64,000 bases of DNA from an uncultured Pirellulaceae bacterium (GTDB lineage Bacteria > Planctomycetota > Planctomycetia > Pirellulales > Pirellulaceae). Numbering within the stretch: position 1 is the stretch's first letter; the number at the start of each line of letters is the position of its first letter. The DNA lies in assembly GCA_964444865.1 (NCBI GenBank), contig CAYUJE010000001.1, forward strand, positions 2,500-66,499, written 5' to 3'. The notes beneath the pieces were generated by a model. It saw nothing but the letters and a program-made list of their open reading frames with translations. It was not told the origin of the DNA and made no database searches. Shown here one piece after another: positions 28,917 to 38,871 of this stretch. The position numbers were made by a program, and so were the translations under genes.

Positions 28917-30617
28917 GTGGCTAAGCAAATGGTCTTTGATGATGATGCCCGCCAGCCGCTGCTCGCTGGCGTGAGCAAACTCGCCCGGGCGGTTCGCAGC
29001 ACTCTGGGCCCCCGCGGCCGGAATGCAGTGCTCGACAAGGGTTGGGGAAGCCCCAAGGTGACCAAGGACGGCGTCACTGTGGCCGAGGATATCGAGCTCG
29101 ATGATGCCTATGAAAACCTTGGAGCTCAGCTCGTCAAGGAAGCCGCCAGCAAGACCAACGAAGTGGCTGGCGACGGCACCACCACCGCCACTGTCCTGGC
29201 CGAAGCCATCTTCCGCGAAGGGCTGAAGATGATTGCCTCGGGCTATGACCCGATGGCCCTGGCCCGTGGAATCGCCAAGGCGACCGACGCAGTGTGCGAG
29301 GAAATCAATTCCCTCGCCACGCCGATCAACGAAAAGAACAAGAAGGAATTGCAGCAGATCGCGACGATCGCGGGCAATAACGATCCGTCCATCGGCACCG
29401 TGCTGGCCGACGCCTTCCTTAAGGTTGGCAAGGACGGCGTCATCACCCTGGAAGAAGGCCGCGGCAGCGAAACGACCGTGGAAATCGTGGAAGGAATGAT
29501 GTTTGACCGGGGCTATCTGTCGCCCCACTTCGTCACCAACCAGGAAGAAGTGACCGTCGAACTCGAAAACGCGTATATCCTGCTGTACGAAGAAAAGATT
29601 TCATCCAACAAGAAGCTCATTCCGCTCCTTGAAGCCATCAGCAAGGCTGCCAAGCCGCTGCTCATCGTGGCCGAAGATGTCGAGGGAGAGGCCCTGGCGA
29701 CTCTTGTCGTCAATAAAATGCGTGGCATTCTGCAAGTTTGTGCCGTGAAGGCCCCAGGCTACGGCGACCGACGCAAGGCCATCATGGGTGACATTGGCAT
29801 CCTTACCAAGGGAACGCCGATCTTTAAGGATTTGGGCATCGAGTTGGAAAGCGTCAAGCTTTCCGATCTCGGCTTTGCCAAGAAGATCCGCATCACTGCC
29901 GAAGAGACCACCATCGTCGGCGGCAAAGGAACGAAGGATGAAATCACCGGTCGGGCAGAGCAGATCCGCAAGGAAATCGGCGTCACCGACAGCGAGTATG
30001 ACCGCGAAAAACTGCAGGAACGCCTGGCCAAGCTGGCCGGCGGCGTTGCCCAAATCAGCGTCGGTGCGGCGACCGAAACCGAAATGAAGGAGCGGAAGTG
30101 GCTGCTGGAAGATGCCAAGAACGCCGTGCAGGCGGCTCTGGAAAGCGGCATTGTTCCCGGCGGCGGCGTCGCTCTGATTCGGAGCGAGAAGGCCATCGAC
30201 AAGCTCAAGCTCACCGGCGACGAAGGTGCCGGGGCTCAAATCATCAAGAACGTCCTCGACCAGCCGCTGCGGGCGATTGCCAACAACGCTGGCGTGGATG
30301 GTGCGGTTGTCGTGAATCGCGTCCGTCAACTCAAGGGCAAAACCGACGGCTACGACGCGGACAAGGATACCTATGGCGACATGCTGAAGGCCGGCGTCAT
30401 CGACCCAGCCAAAGTGGTCACCACCGCATTGCAAAACGCGGCCAGCGTTGCCGCACTGCTCCTCACCACGGAAGCACTCGTCACCGAAATTCCCAAGGAA
30501 GCGGAAGAAGGGGGCGGCCATGATCATCACGACCACGGAATGGGTGGCGGAGGCATGGGCGGCATGGGAGGAATGGGAGGCATGGGTGGCATGGGTGGCA
30601 TGGAAGGAATGATGTAG
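28917..30617 (+). CDS. groEL: chaperonin GroEL (copy 1) with a His-rich and GGM-repeat C-terminal tail
   Basis: The GTG start at 28917 is preceded by AAGGAGG (28901..28907). The sequence has [23 protein letters not shown] and [11 protein letters not shown], and the tail is [32 protein letters not shown]. Confidence 0.9.
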   Translation: MAKQMVFDDDARQPLLAGVSKLARAVRSTLGPRGRNAVLDKGWGSPKVTKDGVTVAEDIELDDAYENLGAQLVKEAASKTNEVAGDGTTTATVLAEAIFREGLKMIASGYDPMALARGIAKATDAVCEEINSLATPINEKNKKELQQIATIAGNNDPSIGTVLADAFLKVGKDGVITLEEGRGSETTVEIVEGMMFDRGYLSPHFVTNQEEVTVELENAYILLYEEKISSNKKLIPLLEAISKAAKPLLIVAEDVEGEALATLVVNKMRGILQVCAVKAPGYGDRRKAIMGDIGILTKGTPIFKDLGIELESVKLSDLGFAKKIRITAEETTIVGGKGTKDEITGRAEQIRKEIGVTDSEYDREKLQERLAKLAGGVAQISVGAATETEMKERKWLLEDAKNAVQAALESGIVPGGGVALIRSEKAIDKLKLTGDEGAGAQIIKNVLDQPLRAIANNAGVDGAVVVNRVRQLKGKTDGYDADKDTYGDMLKAGVIDPAKVVTTALQNAASVAALLLTTEALVTEIPKEAEEGGGHDHHDHGMGGGGMGGMGGMGGMGGMGGMEGMM

Positions 30618-30627
30618 TAGTCGTTTT

Positions 30628-30645
30628 CTCGCTCCGTGAGCGGAC
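30628..30645. repeat. partial copy of the tccgctcac-tcc-gtgagcgga hairpin family
   Basis: ctcgctccgtgagcggac lies 11 nt after the groEL-1 stop and matches the right half of the family consensus. Confidence 0.5.
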
Positions 30646-30710
30646 AATTTGATACCAATCGCGACGCCTGGCGTCGAAAACAATACGCAAGTTAATCAAG
30701 GAATTCAAAC

Positions 30711-31010
30711 ATGGCAAAACTCAAAGTTCGTCCTCTCGATGATCGTGTGGTTGTTCAGCCGATGGAGTCCGAAGAGCGGACCGCCGGCGGCATCGTCCTT
30801 CCCGACAGCGCCAAGGAAAAGCCCCAGCGGGGAACCGTGGTGGCCGTCGGTGCCGGCAAGCTTCTGGACAACGGGAAGCGTGGAGAGCTCTCCGTACAAG
30901 TCGGCGATCAGGTGATCTACGGCAAGTACGGGGGAACCGACATTGAAATCAGTGGCGAGGAAGTCAAGATCCTCCGCGAGAGCGACATTCTAGCCAAAGT
31001 CATCGGCTAA
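30711..31010 (+). CDS. groES: co-chaperonin GroES
   Basis: 99-aa ORF with [11 protein letters not shown]...[24 protein letters not shown]. Confidence 0.92.
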   Translation: MAKLKVRPLDDRVVVQPMESEERTAGGIVLPDSAKEKPQRGTVVAVGAGKLLDNGKRGELSVQVGDQVIYGKYGGTDIEISGEEVKILRESDILAKVIG

Positions 31011-31104
31011 CTAACAAATCGGCGAGCGGGGGGCGTTAGCCCCCTGATATTTTCGCCCGCGATTACTCCTACATTACAGCGAACATTTCCCGAGGGATTT
31101 ACAC

Positions 31105-32724
31105 GTGGCTAAGCAACTTCTTTTTGATGATATCGCCCGCGCCCGGATGCTGGCCGGCGTGGACAAGCTGGCAAACGCCGTCGCGGTGACGATGGGCCCG
31201 ACCGGCAAGAACGTGATTATTGACAAGTCCTTCGGCGGTCCGACCGTGACGAAGGACGGCGTCACCGTCGCCAAGGAAGTCGATCTCGAAGATCGCTTCG
31301 AGAACATGGGAGCCAAACTGGTGGTCGAAGTCGCTCAAAAGACATCCGACTTGGCTGGCGACGGCACCACCACCGCCACCGTGCTCGCCCGAGCCATTTT
31401 CAAAGAAGGCCTCCGCAACGTGGTTGCCGGTAGCAATCCCACGGCCATTCGCCGCGGCATTGATAAAGCGGTCGAAGCTGCCACTACAAAGCTCATCTCC
31501 TTGGCCAAGCCCGTGACCAGCAAGGAAGAAGTCGCCGCTGTCGGCGCCATCAGTGCCAACAACGACAATGCAATCGGCGAACTACTCGCTGATGCGCTCC
31601 AACGGGTGGGCAAGGACGGCGTCATCACCGTCGAAGAAGGCAAGTCCACCGATACCAAAGTCGAATTCGTTGATGGGATGCAGTTCGACAAGGGCTACGT
31701 CTCGCCCTATTTTATCAATCGTCCCGCGACGATGGATGTGCTGCTCGAAGACACGCTGATCCTGATTTACGACAAAAAGTTGAGCAACGTCCGGGAAATC
31801 GTGCCGATTCTCGAAAAGACCGCTCAAACCGGCAAGCCGCTGCTGATCATCGCGGAAGATGTCGATGCGGAAGCTCTCACTCTGCTCGTGGTGAACAAGC
31901 TTCGCGGCGTCCTCAACGTCTGTGCGGTCAAGGCTCCGGGCTTTGGCGACCGTCGCAAGGCGATGCTGGGCGACATCGCCATCCTGACCGGTGGGACGAT
32001 GATCAGCGACGACCTCGGCCTTCAGCTTGAGAATCTGAGCCTGGAGCATCTCGGCCGGGCCAAGAAAGTCTCGGTCGATAAGAACAACACCACCCTCGTT
32101 GAAGGTGCCGGCAAGCGGGCCGACATCGACAAACGGATTCAGCAAATCAAGAATCAGATGGCCCAGGTGGAGAGCGAGTACGACAAGGAGAAGTTCCAAG
32201 AGCGGCTGGCCAAATTGGCTGGCGGCGTGGCGGTCATCTCCGTCGGTGCTGAAACCGAAGCCGACATGAAGCAAAAGAAGGCCCGCGTGGAGGATGCCCT
32301 GCACGCCACCCGCGCCGCGGTGGAAGAAGGCATTCTCCCCGGCGGTGGCGTTGCCCTGCTCCGTTGCACCGGAGCCGTCGAGAAGCTCCGCGATTCCCTG
32401 AAGGGGGACGAGCGGGTCGGTGCCGACATCATCCTGCGGGTTCTCCCCTCGCCGCTGGTGACCATCGTCAACAACGGCGGCAAGGACGGCTCCGTGGTGG
32501 CGGACGAAGTGCTGCAGAAATCCGGCAACATCGGTTATGACGCCAACAGTGGCGAGTACGTCGATATGTACAAAGCCGGCATCATCGATCCCGTGAAGGT
32601 AGTCCGCACCGCCCTCAGCAATGCCGCCAGCATCGCTTCGCTCTTGCTCACGACCGAAGCCCTGGTGACGAACCTGGACAAGGAAGACAAGAAGAAGCGT
32701 TCCGTGGAAGGGGCAATTCGGTAA
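31105..32724 (+). CDS. groEL: chaperonin GroEL (copy 2) with no GGM tail
   Basis: GTG start. The sequence has [24 protein letters not shown] and [11 protein letters not shown]. The C-terminus is ...[17 protein letters not shown]. Confidence 0.92.
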   Translation: MAKQLLFDDIARARMLAGVDKLANAVAVTMGPTGKNVIIDKSFGGPTVTKDGVTVAKEVDLEDRFENMGAKLVVEVAQKTSDLAGDGTTTATVLARAIFKEGLRNVVAGSNPTAIRRGIDKAVEAATTKLISLAKPVTSKEEVAAVGAISANNDNAIGELLADALQRVGKDGVITVEEGKSTDTKVEFVDGMQFDKGYVSPYFINRPATMDVLLEDTLILIYDKKLSNVREIVPILEKTAQTGKPLLIIAEDVDAEALTLLVVNKLRGVLNVCAVKAPGFGDRRKAMLGDIAILTGGTMISDDLGLQLENLSLEHLGRAKKVSVDKNNTTLVEGAGKRADIDKRIQQIKNQMAQVESEYDKEKFQERLAKLAGGVAVISVGAETEADMKQKKARVEDALHATRAAVEEGILPGGGVALLRCTGAVEKLRDSLKGDERVGADIILRVLPSPLVTIVNNGGKDGSVVADEVLQKSGNIGYDANSGEYVDMYKAGIIDPVKVVRTALSNAASIASLLLTTEALVTNLDKEDKKKRSVEGAIR

Positions 32725-32800
32725 CGTAGCCACGGGCAGACCGTTTATAATCTTCTCCAAGTTCCCGCGCCTGTCGCGGGAACTTGTTGAAGGTCAAAGG

Positions 32801-33040
32801 ATGCTATCCATGAAAGGCCCTTGGATACTGCTCGGCGTCGGTGCTGTGCTGCTGTTGATCTCCAGTGCAGTCGCAATCGTCAGCCTATTGCTACCGGCGC
32901 TCAGCAATGGCCGCACCGATATGGAAGAGGCCATGCTGGGGATTGTCCCTGGCTGTTGTTGTTCGGCCTTTTCGCTCGCGATGGTATTGGGAGGGATTGT
33001 TTGGTTGGTAGTTGCCGGCAATAAGAATCGCCAAAATTAG
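32801..33040 (+). CDS. hypothetical small two-TM membrane protein
   Basis: 79-aa ORF with two hydrophobic helices. It lies between groEL-2 and dnaJ. There is no other support. Confidence 0.35.
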   Translation: MLSMKGPWILLGVGAVLLLISSAVAIVSLLLPALSNGRTDMEEAMLGIVPGCCCSAFSLAMVLGGIVWLVVAGNKNRQN

Positions 33041-33155
33041 GGCCTGCTTTTTGCTGAAAAACTGCCGACAGGCCCTTTCTGACAGCATTCAATGTTGTAG
33101 GTTTTCAGGGGCGATTTTCTGATTTGCGGCATCGACTTTCCCGGCACTTGCGGCC

Positions 33156-34295
33156 ATGAGCACAATGGCAACCAAACGCGATTACTACGAAGTGCTGGGA
33201 GTCGGCCGCGATGCCTCCGGGAAAGAGATTGCCGCTGCCTATCGCAAGCTGGCGATCAAATATCACCCGGATAGCCATCCTGGCGATGCCGACGCCACCA
33301 TGCGCTTCAAGGAAGCGGCTGAAGCGTATGAAATCCTCTCCGACGACGAGAAGCGGGAGCGCTACAATCGCTTCGGCCATGACGCACCCGGTCTCGGCGG
33401 CGGGCCGCAGTTCCAAGACGTAGAAGACATCTTCGAAGCCTTCGGCGGCATTTTCGGCGACCTCTTCGGCGGCAGCCGTGGCGGTGGTGGCAGAACTCGC
33501 CGTGCTCGCCGCGGTGCCGACGTGCAAGTGCAGGTGACGCTGGAACTGGAAGAGGCAGCGCGCGGCATCAACAAGACGGTCGAGTTCAACCGCAGCAAGA
33601 AGTGCGAGACATGTGTAGGGAGCGGAGCCAGGCCCGGTTCCAAAAAGGCGACCTGCCAGTATTGCGGCGGCCGTGGGCAAATCGTGCAGTCCGCCGGCAT
33701 TTTACGGGTCCAGACGACTTGCCCGTCGTGCCAAGGCTCCGGCTCGACAATCACCGAGCCGTGCGAAGCTTGTCGCGGGCGGGGATATAGTGGCGAGCGC
33801 GTGAAGCAGGAAGTGAAGATTCCTCCTGGCATCGATGACGGAATGCAAGTCCGCATTCGCGGCGAAGGAGAGCCGAGCCCCGACGGCGGCCCAGCCGGTG
33901 ATTTGTATTGCCATGTGCAGGTTCGTAAGCACCGGTTGTTCCAGCGAGACGGCAACAATCTGGTCCTGCAGATGCCCATTTCGTACACGCAAGCCGCCCT
34001 GGGTTCCACCTTGGAAATCCCCACGCTGCAGGGTAAACACGAATTGACCATCGGCCCGGGAACGCAGTCGGGGGACGTTTTTCGCATTCGTGGCCGGGGA
34101 GTGGCCGATCCCCGCGGCAGTGGTCCTGGAGATTTGCTCGTACAAACGCACATCGAAGTCCCCAAAAAGATTTCTCCGGAACAAGAGAAGCTTCTGCGGG
34201 AGCTGGCGGAAATGGAGCGAGCCCACGTTTCGCCCCATCGAAAGTCGTTTTTTGAGAAAATCAAGGATTACTTCGCAGGAGAAGAACCCAAATAG
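33156..34295 (+). CDS. dnaJ: molecular chaperone DnaJ
   Basis: 379-aa ORF with a J-domain (YHPD), a G/F-rich linker and four CxxCxGxG zinc-finger repeats. Confidence 0.92.
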   Translation: MSTMATKRDYYEVLGVGRDASGKEIAAAYRKLAIKYHPDSHPGDADATMRFKEAAEAYEILSDDEKRERYNRFGHDAPGLGGGPQFQDVEDIFEAFGGIFGDLFGGSRGGGGRTRRARRGADVQVQVTLELEEAARGINKTVEFNRSKKCETCVGSGARPGSKKATCQYCGGRGQIVQSAGILRVQTTCPSCQGSGSTITEPCEACRGRGYSGERVKQEVKIPPGIDDGMQVRIRGEGEPSPDGGPAGDLYCHVQVRKHRLFQRDGNNLVLQMPISYTQAALGSTLEIPTLQGKHELTIGPGTQSGDVFRIRGRGVADPRGSGPGDLLVQTHIEVPKKISPEQEKLLRELAEMERAHVSPHRKSFFEKIKDYFAGEEPK

Positions 34296-34303
34296 AGCTA
34301 TAG

Positions 34304-34351
34304 TTGCCTTTCGCTTCGCGAAGGCGAGTACTTTCGCGGAGCGAAAGGCGA
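34304..34351. repeat. REP-like double hairpin, second copy of the 22530 family
   Basis: ttgcctttcgcttcgcgaaggcgagtactttcgcggagcgaaaggcgac lies in the dnaJ-grpE spacer. Confidence 0.8.
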
Positions 34352-34427
34352 CTATGGGCACAAAGTATGCAGATGCAATGGATCGCGAATATTGCCTGCC
34401 TCCAAACTTGAACCCATCGTAACCATC

Positions 34428-34940
34428 ATGGCTGACGACTCCAAAACGCAAGAAGCAATCGACGACCAGGTTTTCGCCGCGGATTCCTTGAGCGAACTGG
34501 CGAAGCTGCAACAAGACCTTTCTGACGCCAACGAAAAGATCCTGCGCGGACAGGCCGAACTGGAGAATTATCGCAAACGAGTCCGACGCGAGATGGAAGA
34601 GGAGCGGCGGTATGCCCTGCTTCCGTTTGCCCGTGATTTGCTCGCCGTCGTGGATAATTTGGAACGGGCCATCGCCGCCGGCCAGGAAGGGGGAGATCTG
34701 CTGGAGGGCGTGAAGATGGTTTCCGCACAATTGCAAAATGTGCTCAATCAACATCAGTGTGTGCGGATTGACACGGTCGGCCAGCCCTTCGATCCCAATG
34801 TGCATCAGGCCATCGCCCAGGAAGCCAGCAATGAATATCCCGCTGGAACGGTCACACGCGAAGCCCAGTCCGGCTACAAGCTTTTCGACCGCGTCATCCG
34901 CCCCGCCCAAGTTTTTGTCTCCACCGGAGCCCCATCGTAG
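34428..34940 (+). CDS. grpE: nucleotide exchange factor GrpE
   Basis: The ATG at 34428 (MADDSKTQ...) lies within ORF 34392..34940. The sequence has AELENYRKRVRRE, DNLERA and PFDPNVHQAI motifs. Confidence 0.88.
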   Translation: MADDSKTQEAIDDQVFAADSLSELAKLQQDLSDANEKILRGQAELENYRKRVRREMEEERRYALLPFARDLLAVVDNLERAIAAGQEGGDLLEGVKMVSAQLQNVLNQHQCVRIDTVGQPFDPNVHQAIAQEASNEYPAGTVTREAQSGYKLFDRVIRPAQVFVSTGAPS

Positions 34941-34961
34941 TCCACTCACTCCGTGAGCGGA
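34941..34961. repeat. hairpin tccactcac-tcc-gtgagcgga (short REP/terminator-like family)
   Basis: It starts at the first base after the grpE stop codon. The family recurs at 52589..52610 and 56371..56391, with a partial copy at 30628..30645. Confidence 0.8.
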
Positions 34962-35008
34962 CATGCCTGAACACCGAGTGTGCAGGCTATTGGAACCAGA
35001 GAAAACAC

Positions 35009-35359
35009 ATGCCCACCTACGACTACGAGTGCGATGCCTGCCGTCACAAGTTTGAAATCTTTCAGAACATGAGCGACGAGTTGCTCACAAAGTGCCCCAA
35101 GTGCAAGAAGAAGAAACTTCGTCGACTCTTCGGTGCCGGCGCGGCGATCATGTTCAAAGGGAGCGGCTTCTACCAGACCGACTACCGGAGCGAGTCGTAT
35201 AAGAAGTCTGCCGCGGCGGAGAAAACTTCCAGCGAGCCCGCAGCTGCCTCGACCGATTCCAAAACCTCCGATACCAAGAGCGATTCCAAGCCGGCTGAAA
35301 GCAAGCCCGCAGCCGAGAGCAAACCGGCGGCACCACCCAAGCCGGACAAGAAGAAGTAG
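35009..35359 (+). CDS. FmdB-family zinc-ribbon (CxxC...CxxC) protein with a low-complexity tail
   Basis: MPTYDYECDACRHKFEIFQNM...KCPKCKKKKLRRL matches the FmdB/TIGR02605-type pattern. Confidence 0.7.
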   Translation: MPTYDYECDACRHKFEIFQNMSDELLTKCPKCKKKKLRRLFGAGAAIMFKGSGFYQTDYRSESYKKSAAAEKTSSEPAAASTDSKTSDTKSDSKPAESKPAAESKPAAPPKPDKKK

Positions 35360-35370
35360 CGGGGCAGAGT

Positions 35371-35562
35371 ATGTCTACCATTCGTTGCCCCATTTGCGAG
35401 AGGCAATTCGACCCCGCCGTTTCCCGGGCGATGCCTTTCTGCACCCAGCGCTGCCGCCAGATCGACTTGGGGCGCTGGCTGCGGGAGAGCTACAGCGTGC
35501 CAATGGAGCCGAAGGAAGAGGAGGAAGGAGCCACGGATGAAATACGGAGTGAACACGGATGA
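35371..35562 (+). CDS. yacG: YacG-like zinc-binding protein (DNA gyrase inhibitor family)
   Basis: 63-aa ORF with CPICERQF...PFCTQRCRQIDLGRW. Confidence 0.65.
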   Translation: MSTIRCPICERQFDPAVSRAMPFCTQRCRQIDLGRWLRESYSVPMEPKEEEEGATDEIRSEHG

Positions 35563-35642
35563 GATGCCTGGATTGGTGAGTTCTGATTTCTGCTTCTTCC
35601 GTGTTTGATCCGCGTTCGCTCCGTGGACCAATTCGACTTGGC

Positions 35643-35670
35643 TTGCGGCAGCGAACTGGCCGCGTATAAT
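35643..35670 (+). promoter_or_regulatory. possible sigma70-type promoter (TTGCGG-N16-TATAAT)
   Basis: The -35 box is at 35643..35648 and the -10 box at 35665..35670, about 40 nt upstream of the ATG at 35710. This is a motif match only. Confidence 0.3.
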
Positions 35671-35709
35671 TCCCGCTGACTTATTTCTCTTTTCGGCAAG
35701 GATCAGCCC

Positions 35710-36939
35710 ATGACCGATGAACGCGGGGTGCTGCGGCGAATTGCCTGGCGTGAGCTGTTTCCCTGGCTGATTATCTTCCGCACGTTTCGCCTTTCGATAT
35801 CGCCGACGCTACTTGCCGTTGCCACGCTGGCGGTTGCCCTTTCCTACGTGGGAACTGGCGTGGGAACGATCTTTCTAAGACAGGAAGACCTGACCAAAGA
35901 GGGGCAAATCAAGTTAGTGAGCCCTCCTCTCGCGGCGAATGTTCCTCCAGCGGTGGCGAAGTATCTACCTGCCGAGGGAAGTTCCGCATCTCAAGGCTAC
36001 TTTCGATTGGCGGACCCCTTCTACCGCATTTTCCGGCGCGAGTTAAACCTCCATTACGCTGCTTACTACGTGTTTGTCTCGCTCTGGTCGCTCGCTGTCT
36101 GGGCGTTTGCCGGCGGCATCATCACGCGGAGAGCCATCGTGGAATTTGCCACTGACGAAACGCCCGGAATCGTTGATACCGTTAAGTTCGTTGGCCGTAG
36201 GTATCTGTGGTACTTCCTCGCGCCGCTTTATCCGCTGTGCGGCATTCTCTTGCTGATGCTTCCCATTGCGGCACTCGGTTTGATGGCGCGAATTACCGAT
36301 CTGGGTGTCGTGCTCGCGGGACTGGTATGGATTCTGGTCATTGTTGCGGGACTCGTAGCAGCATGGCTTCTGGCCGGATTGCTGTTCGGCTTTCCGCTGA
36401 TGTGGGGGACCATCAGCGCGGAGCGGGAAGGGGACGCCTTTGAAGCCTTCAGTCGATCGTTTTCGTATGTCTACGGCAAACCGCTGCACTATCTCTTCTA
36501 TGCCATCGTTGCCGCGCTGTTCGGAGCGCTTTGCCTGGCCATTATTCAGGGCGCGGCCGAAATCATCATTGAATTTGGATTCTGGGCTTTGTCGTGGGGT
36601 GCCGGGGAAGCAAGGATGCGGCAGATTGGAAGTCTCGCCGATCTAGGATTGTCCGGGTTGTATGCTCCACTTGCACCCGCGGAACCTGGCATTGTGAAAG
36701 CCGGTGTCTTTCTGATGCTCCTGGCAATCGGTTTGGTGCGCTTAATAGCGACCGGCTTTGTCTTCAGCTTCTTTTGGTGCGTGGCCAGCGCGATTTATCT
36801 GCTGCTGCGGCAGGAGGTGGACGACAAGGAATTGGACGATGTTTACATGCCGGTCGAGCCACCTGCGCCGAAAGGGCCGCTGCAATCTGCGGCGACCACT
36901 GCATCCGAGCCCGCGACCACTTCTCCGCCGCAACAGTGA
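35710..36939 (+). CDS. hypothetical polytopic membrane protein
   Basis: 409-aa ORF with at least 6 hydrophobic helices. No family recognised. Confidence 0.55.
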   Translation: MTDERGVLRRIAWRELFPWLIIFRTFRLSISPTLLAVATLAVALSYVGTGVGTIFLRQEDLTKEGQIKLVSPPLAANVPPAVAKYLPAEGSSASQGYFRLADPFYRIFRRELNLHYAAYYVFVSLWSLAVWAFAGGIITRRAIVEFATDETPGIVDTVKFVGRRYLWYFLAPLYPLCGILLLMLPIAALGLMARITDLGVVLAGLVWILVIVAGLVAAWLLAGLLFGFPLMWGTISAEREGDAFEAFSRSFSYVYGKPLHYLFYAIVAALFGALCLAIIQGAAEIIIEFGFWALSWGAGEARMRQIGSLADLGLSGLYAPLAPAEPGIVKAGVFLMLLAIGLVRLIATGFVFSFFWCVASAIYLLLRQEVDDKELDDVYMPVEPPAPKGPLQSAATTASEPATTSPPQQ

Positions 36940-37012
36940 GCCGAGAGTGCAGGCCGTCATTCCATGACCGCCCATACTTCGCCGCACCGACGAAGCATCA
37001 AGATGGGGGTTG

Positions 37013-37369
37013 TTACGGAGTAACGCCCCACTTTTTCAAAATCTCCACATAGGTTCGGTCGAACGCCGAATTTGGCATCACGTCATCGCAGCCCGCTTCC
37101 TGAGCGGCAGCGAGCGAGGCTGCATTCACATGCGAGCCAAAAGCGACAATGCGGGCTGTCGGTGATTTTGAACGAACTTCCTCCACAATCTTCGGCAGAT
37201 CCAAGCCGTTTTGTCCCAGGTCGATAATCATCAGCCGCGTCTGGTCGGACAGCTTTGTCGCCAGATCATTCGGATTCGCCAGGACCTGCAAGGGAACCTT
37301 GAGTACATTGGCCGCACCGGAAACCCGCGAGGCAAACATCAAATTGGGGCAGAGAAACACAACGGACAT
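37013..37369 (-). CDS. receiver (REC)-like single-domain protein, probably a pseudo-receiver
   Basis: 118-aa ORF with CheY-like alternating beta/alpha spacing (VVFLCPN, MIIDLG, IVAFGSH, GCDDVMPNSAF). It lacks the N-terminal acidic pair and the conserved Lys. Confidence 0.4.
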   Translation of the reverse strand: MSVVFLCPNLMFASRVSGAANVLKVPLQVLANPNDLATKLSDQTRLMIIDLGQNGLDLPKIVEEVRSKSPTARIVAFGSHVNAASLAAAQEAGCDDVMPNSAFDRTYVEILKKWGVTP

Positions 37370-37539
37370 GAACGAATGCTTTCCCGAAAAAGGAAGGGGA
37401 ATGGCCGCGAAAATCGCGAAACATCAGCAAGTCAAAAGCCGATTGGACATGAATGAAATCGGCGAATCCTCGCATCTTCGTGACTTCTTGTGCTTTTCGT
37501 GGCGATTCCCCTTCTTGCCTTGTTATTCCGTTGCCACGC

Positions 37540-38679
37540 TCACGCCGCCGCATTCGCATCATCCTGAGCGTCCATCTCTTTCAAGTCCTCCAGCCACTGC
37601 CGAATTTCATTGTCATACTCGGCGGAAAGATGGCCGAAGACAAGTTGCCGATGGAAAGCGGCAGCTCCCTCTTTGAGCAGTTCTGCTGCTTCGGCGCTGG
37701 GGAACCGGCGGACGGAGTCGAAGGCGATCATTCCGCGGCAAAAGCTCATGAGCAGATCGCAGCCGACAACTTCCTGCGGCAGAATCTCGTGTAGCCTGTG
37801 CGGCAACAAGCGTTTGGCTTCCAGCAAATCCTTGGCATCTTTGATTCCCCGGAACGGCGGCCGTCCAGAAAGCAATTCAATCAGCACATACCCGAGCGAG
37901 CAAAGATCGCTGCGCGAGGAACATTCCCGCCGCTCCAGAACTTCTGGGGCGGCATAGGCCAGAGTACAGGCCAGGCCGGCGGGCGCATGGGCAATCTCAA
38001 AGGCCGAACCGAAATCCACGATTTTGGTGATCCCCGTTCGCTTGAGCATGATGTTCGATGGCTTGATGTCGCCATGCACAATCCCGTGGCGGTGCAGAGC
38101 GGCCAGGCCCGAAAGGCAGTCCCGCACAATGGCCACCGCAACTCCCGCCTTCATCCGCGGCTGCACCGGGCCGTGCGTGGCGACTACGTTATTAAGATGT
38201 TCCCAGCGCCGGGCACTAACCCGATCCCGTATGCGTTCCAGCATTCCGGGCACCAACAGCCGGGCCAGATCATATCCGTCAATCCACTCCATAATCATCA
38301 TGCGAATCCGCTCGCGGTCCACAAAGTTATAGACATAGAGCAGGTTGTCGTGCTGAATTTGGGCGATCCGGGCCGACACGCGGGCCATCCGCTGCATGGC
38401 CGTGTCGTAATTCGCCGCGGAGTCAAACCGCTCGGGCGAAAAAATCTTCAGGGCGGCCGGCAGCGTGAACTCTTCGGTCCCGCGGAGCTCCGTCAGATAA
38501 ACCACCCCTTGCCCCCCCGAACCCAGCAACTTGATCAGCCGTTGATGGCTGGTCCAGCTCATCCGCTGCTCGGTGACGAACATCTTGTATCGGTCAACCA
38601 GCTCATTCGGCTCCGCGGGAGCAGGTTGCCCGCCGGGAGTGAGCGTGGGGTGCAACTCGTGGCACGTGGTCGTCAGCAT
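37540..38679 (-). CDS. serine/threonine protein kinase (Hanks type)
   Basis: 379-aa ORF with GSGGQGVV, the ALK lysine, HGDIKPSNIML, DFGSA and APE motifs. Confidence 0.85.
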   Translation of the reverse strand: MLTTTCHELHPTLTPGGQPAPAEPNELVDRYKMFVTEQRMSWTSHQRLIKLLGSGGQGVVYLTELRGTEEFTLPAALKIFSPERFDSAANYDTAMQRMARVSARIAQIQHDNLLYVYNFVDRERIRMMIMEWIDGYDLARLLVPGMLERIRDRVSARRWEHLNNVVATHGPVQPRMKAGVAVAIVRDCLSGLAALHRHGIVHGDIKPSNIMLKRTGITKIVDFGSAFEIAHAPAGLACTLAYAAPEVLERRECSSRSDLCSLGYVLIELLSGRPPFRGIKDAKDLLEAKRLLPHRLHEILPQEVVGCDLLMSFCRGMIAFDSVRRFPSAEAAELLKEGAAAFHRQLVFGHLSAEYDNEIRQWLEDLKEMDAQDDANAAA

Positions 38680-38871
38680 GTTCCTACCGCCTTTCCTAAC
38701 GAATCCTTCACCTGCAATGTACGCCCCGCCTGCCAGCGGCGTAAATACGGGTTCCCTCCAACAAGTGGTCGGCTCGGGGGTACGGCAGATTGATTGCCGC
38801 AGCGGAGTGCCTAAGATGACCTAATCTTCCCTTGAACCTTTTGCATTGCTATCACCCATTTGGAGTTTGCC

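Noticed and set aside
29601-32760. Minus-strand ORFs 29601..30683 and 31582..32760, antisense to the two groEL genes
   Set aside because: They are shadow ORFs of highly conserved genes.
28603-33155. CIRCE/HrcA operators upstream of groEL, groES and dnaJ
   Set aside because: No TTAGCACTC-N9-GAGTGCTAA-like inverted repeat is present in any of these intergenic regions.
33702-34964. 420-aa minus-strand ORF spanning dnaJ, the REP element and grpE
   Set aside because: It crosses an intergenic repeat and two well-supported genes, and it has no motifs.
37798-38793. 331-aa + strand ORF antisense to the Ser/Thr kinase gene
   Set aside because: It is a shadow ORF. The kinase subdomain motifs are on the minus strand.
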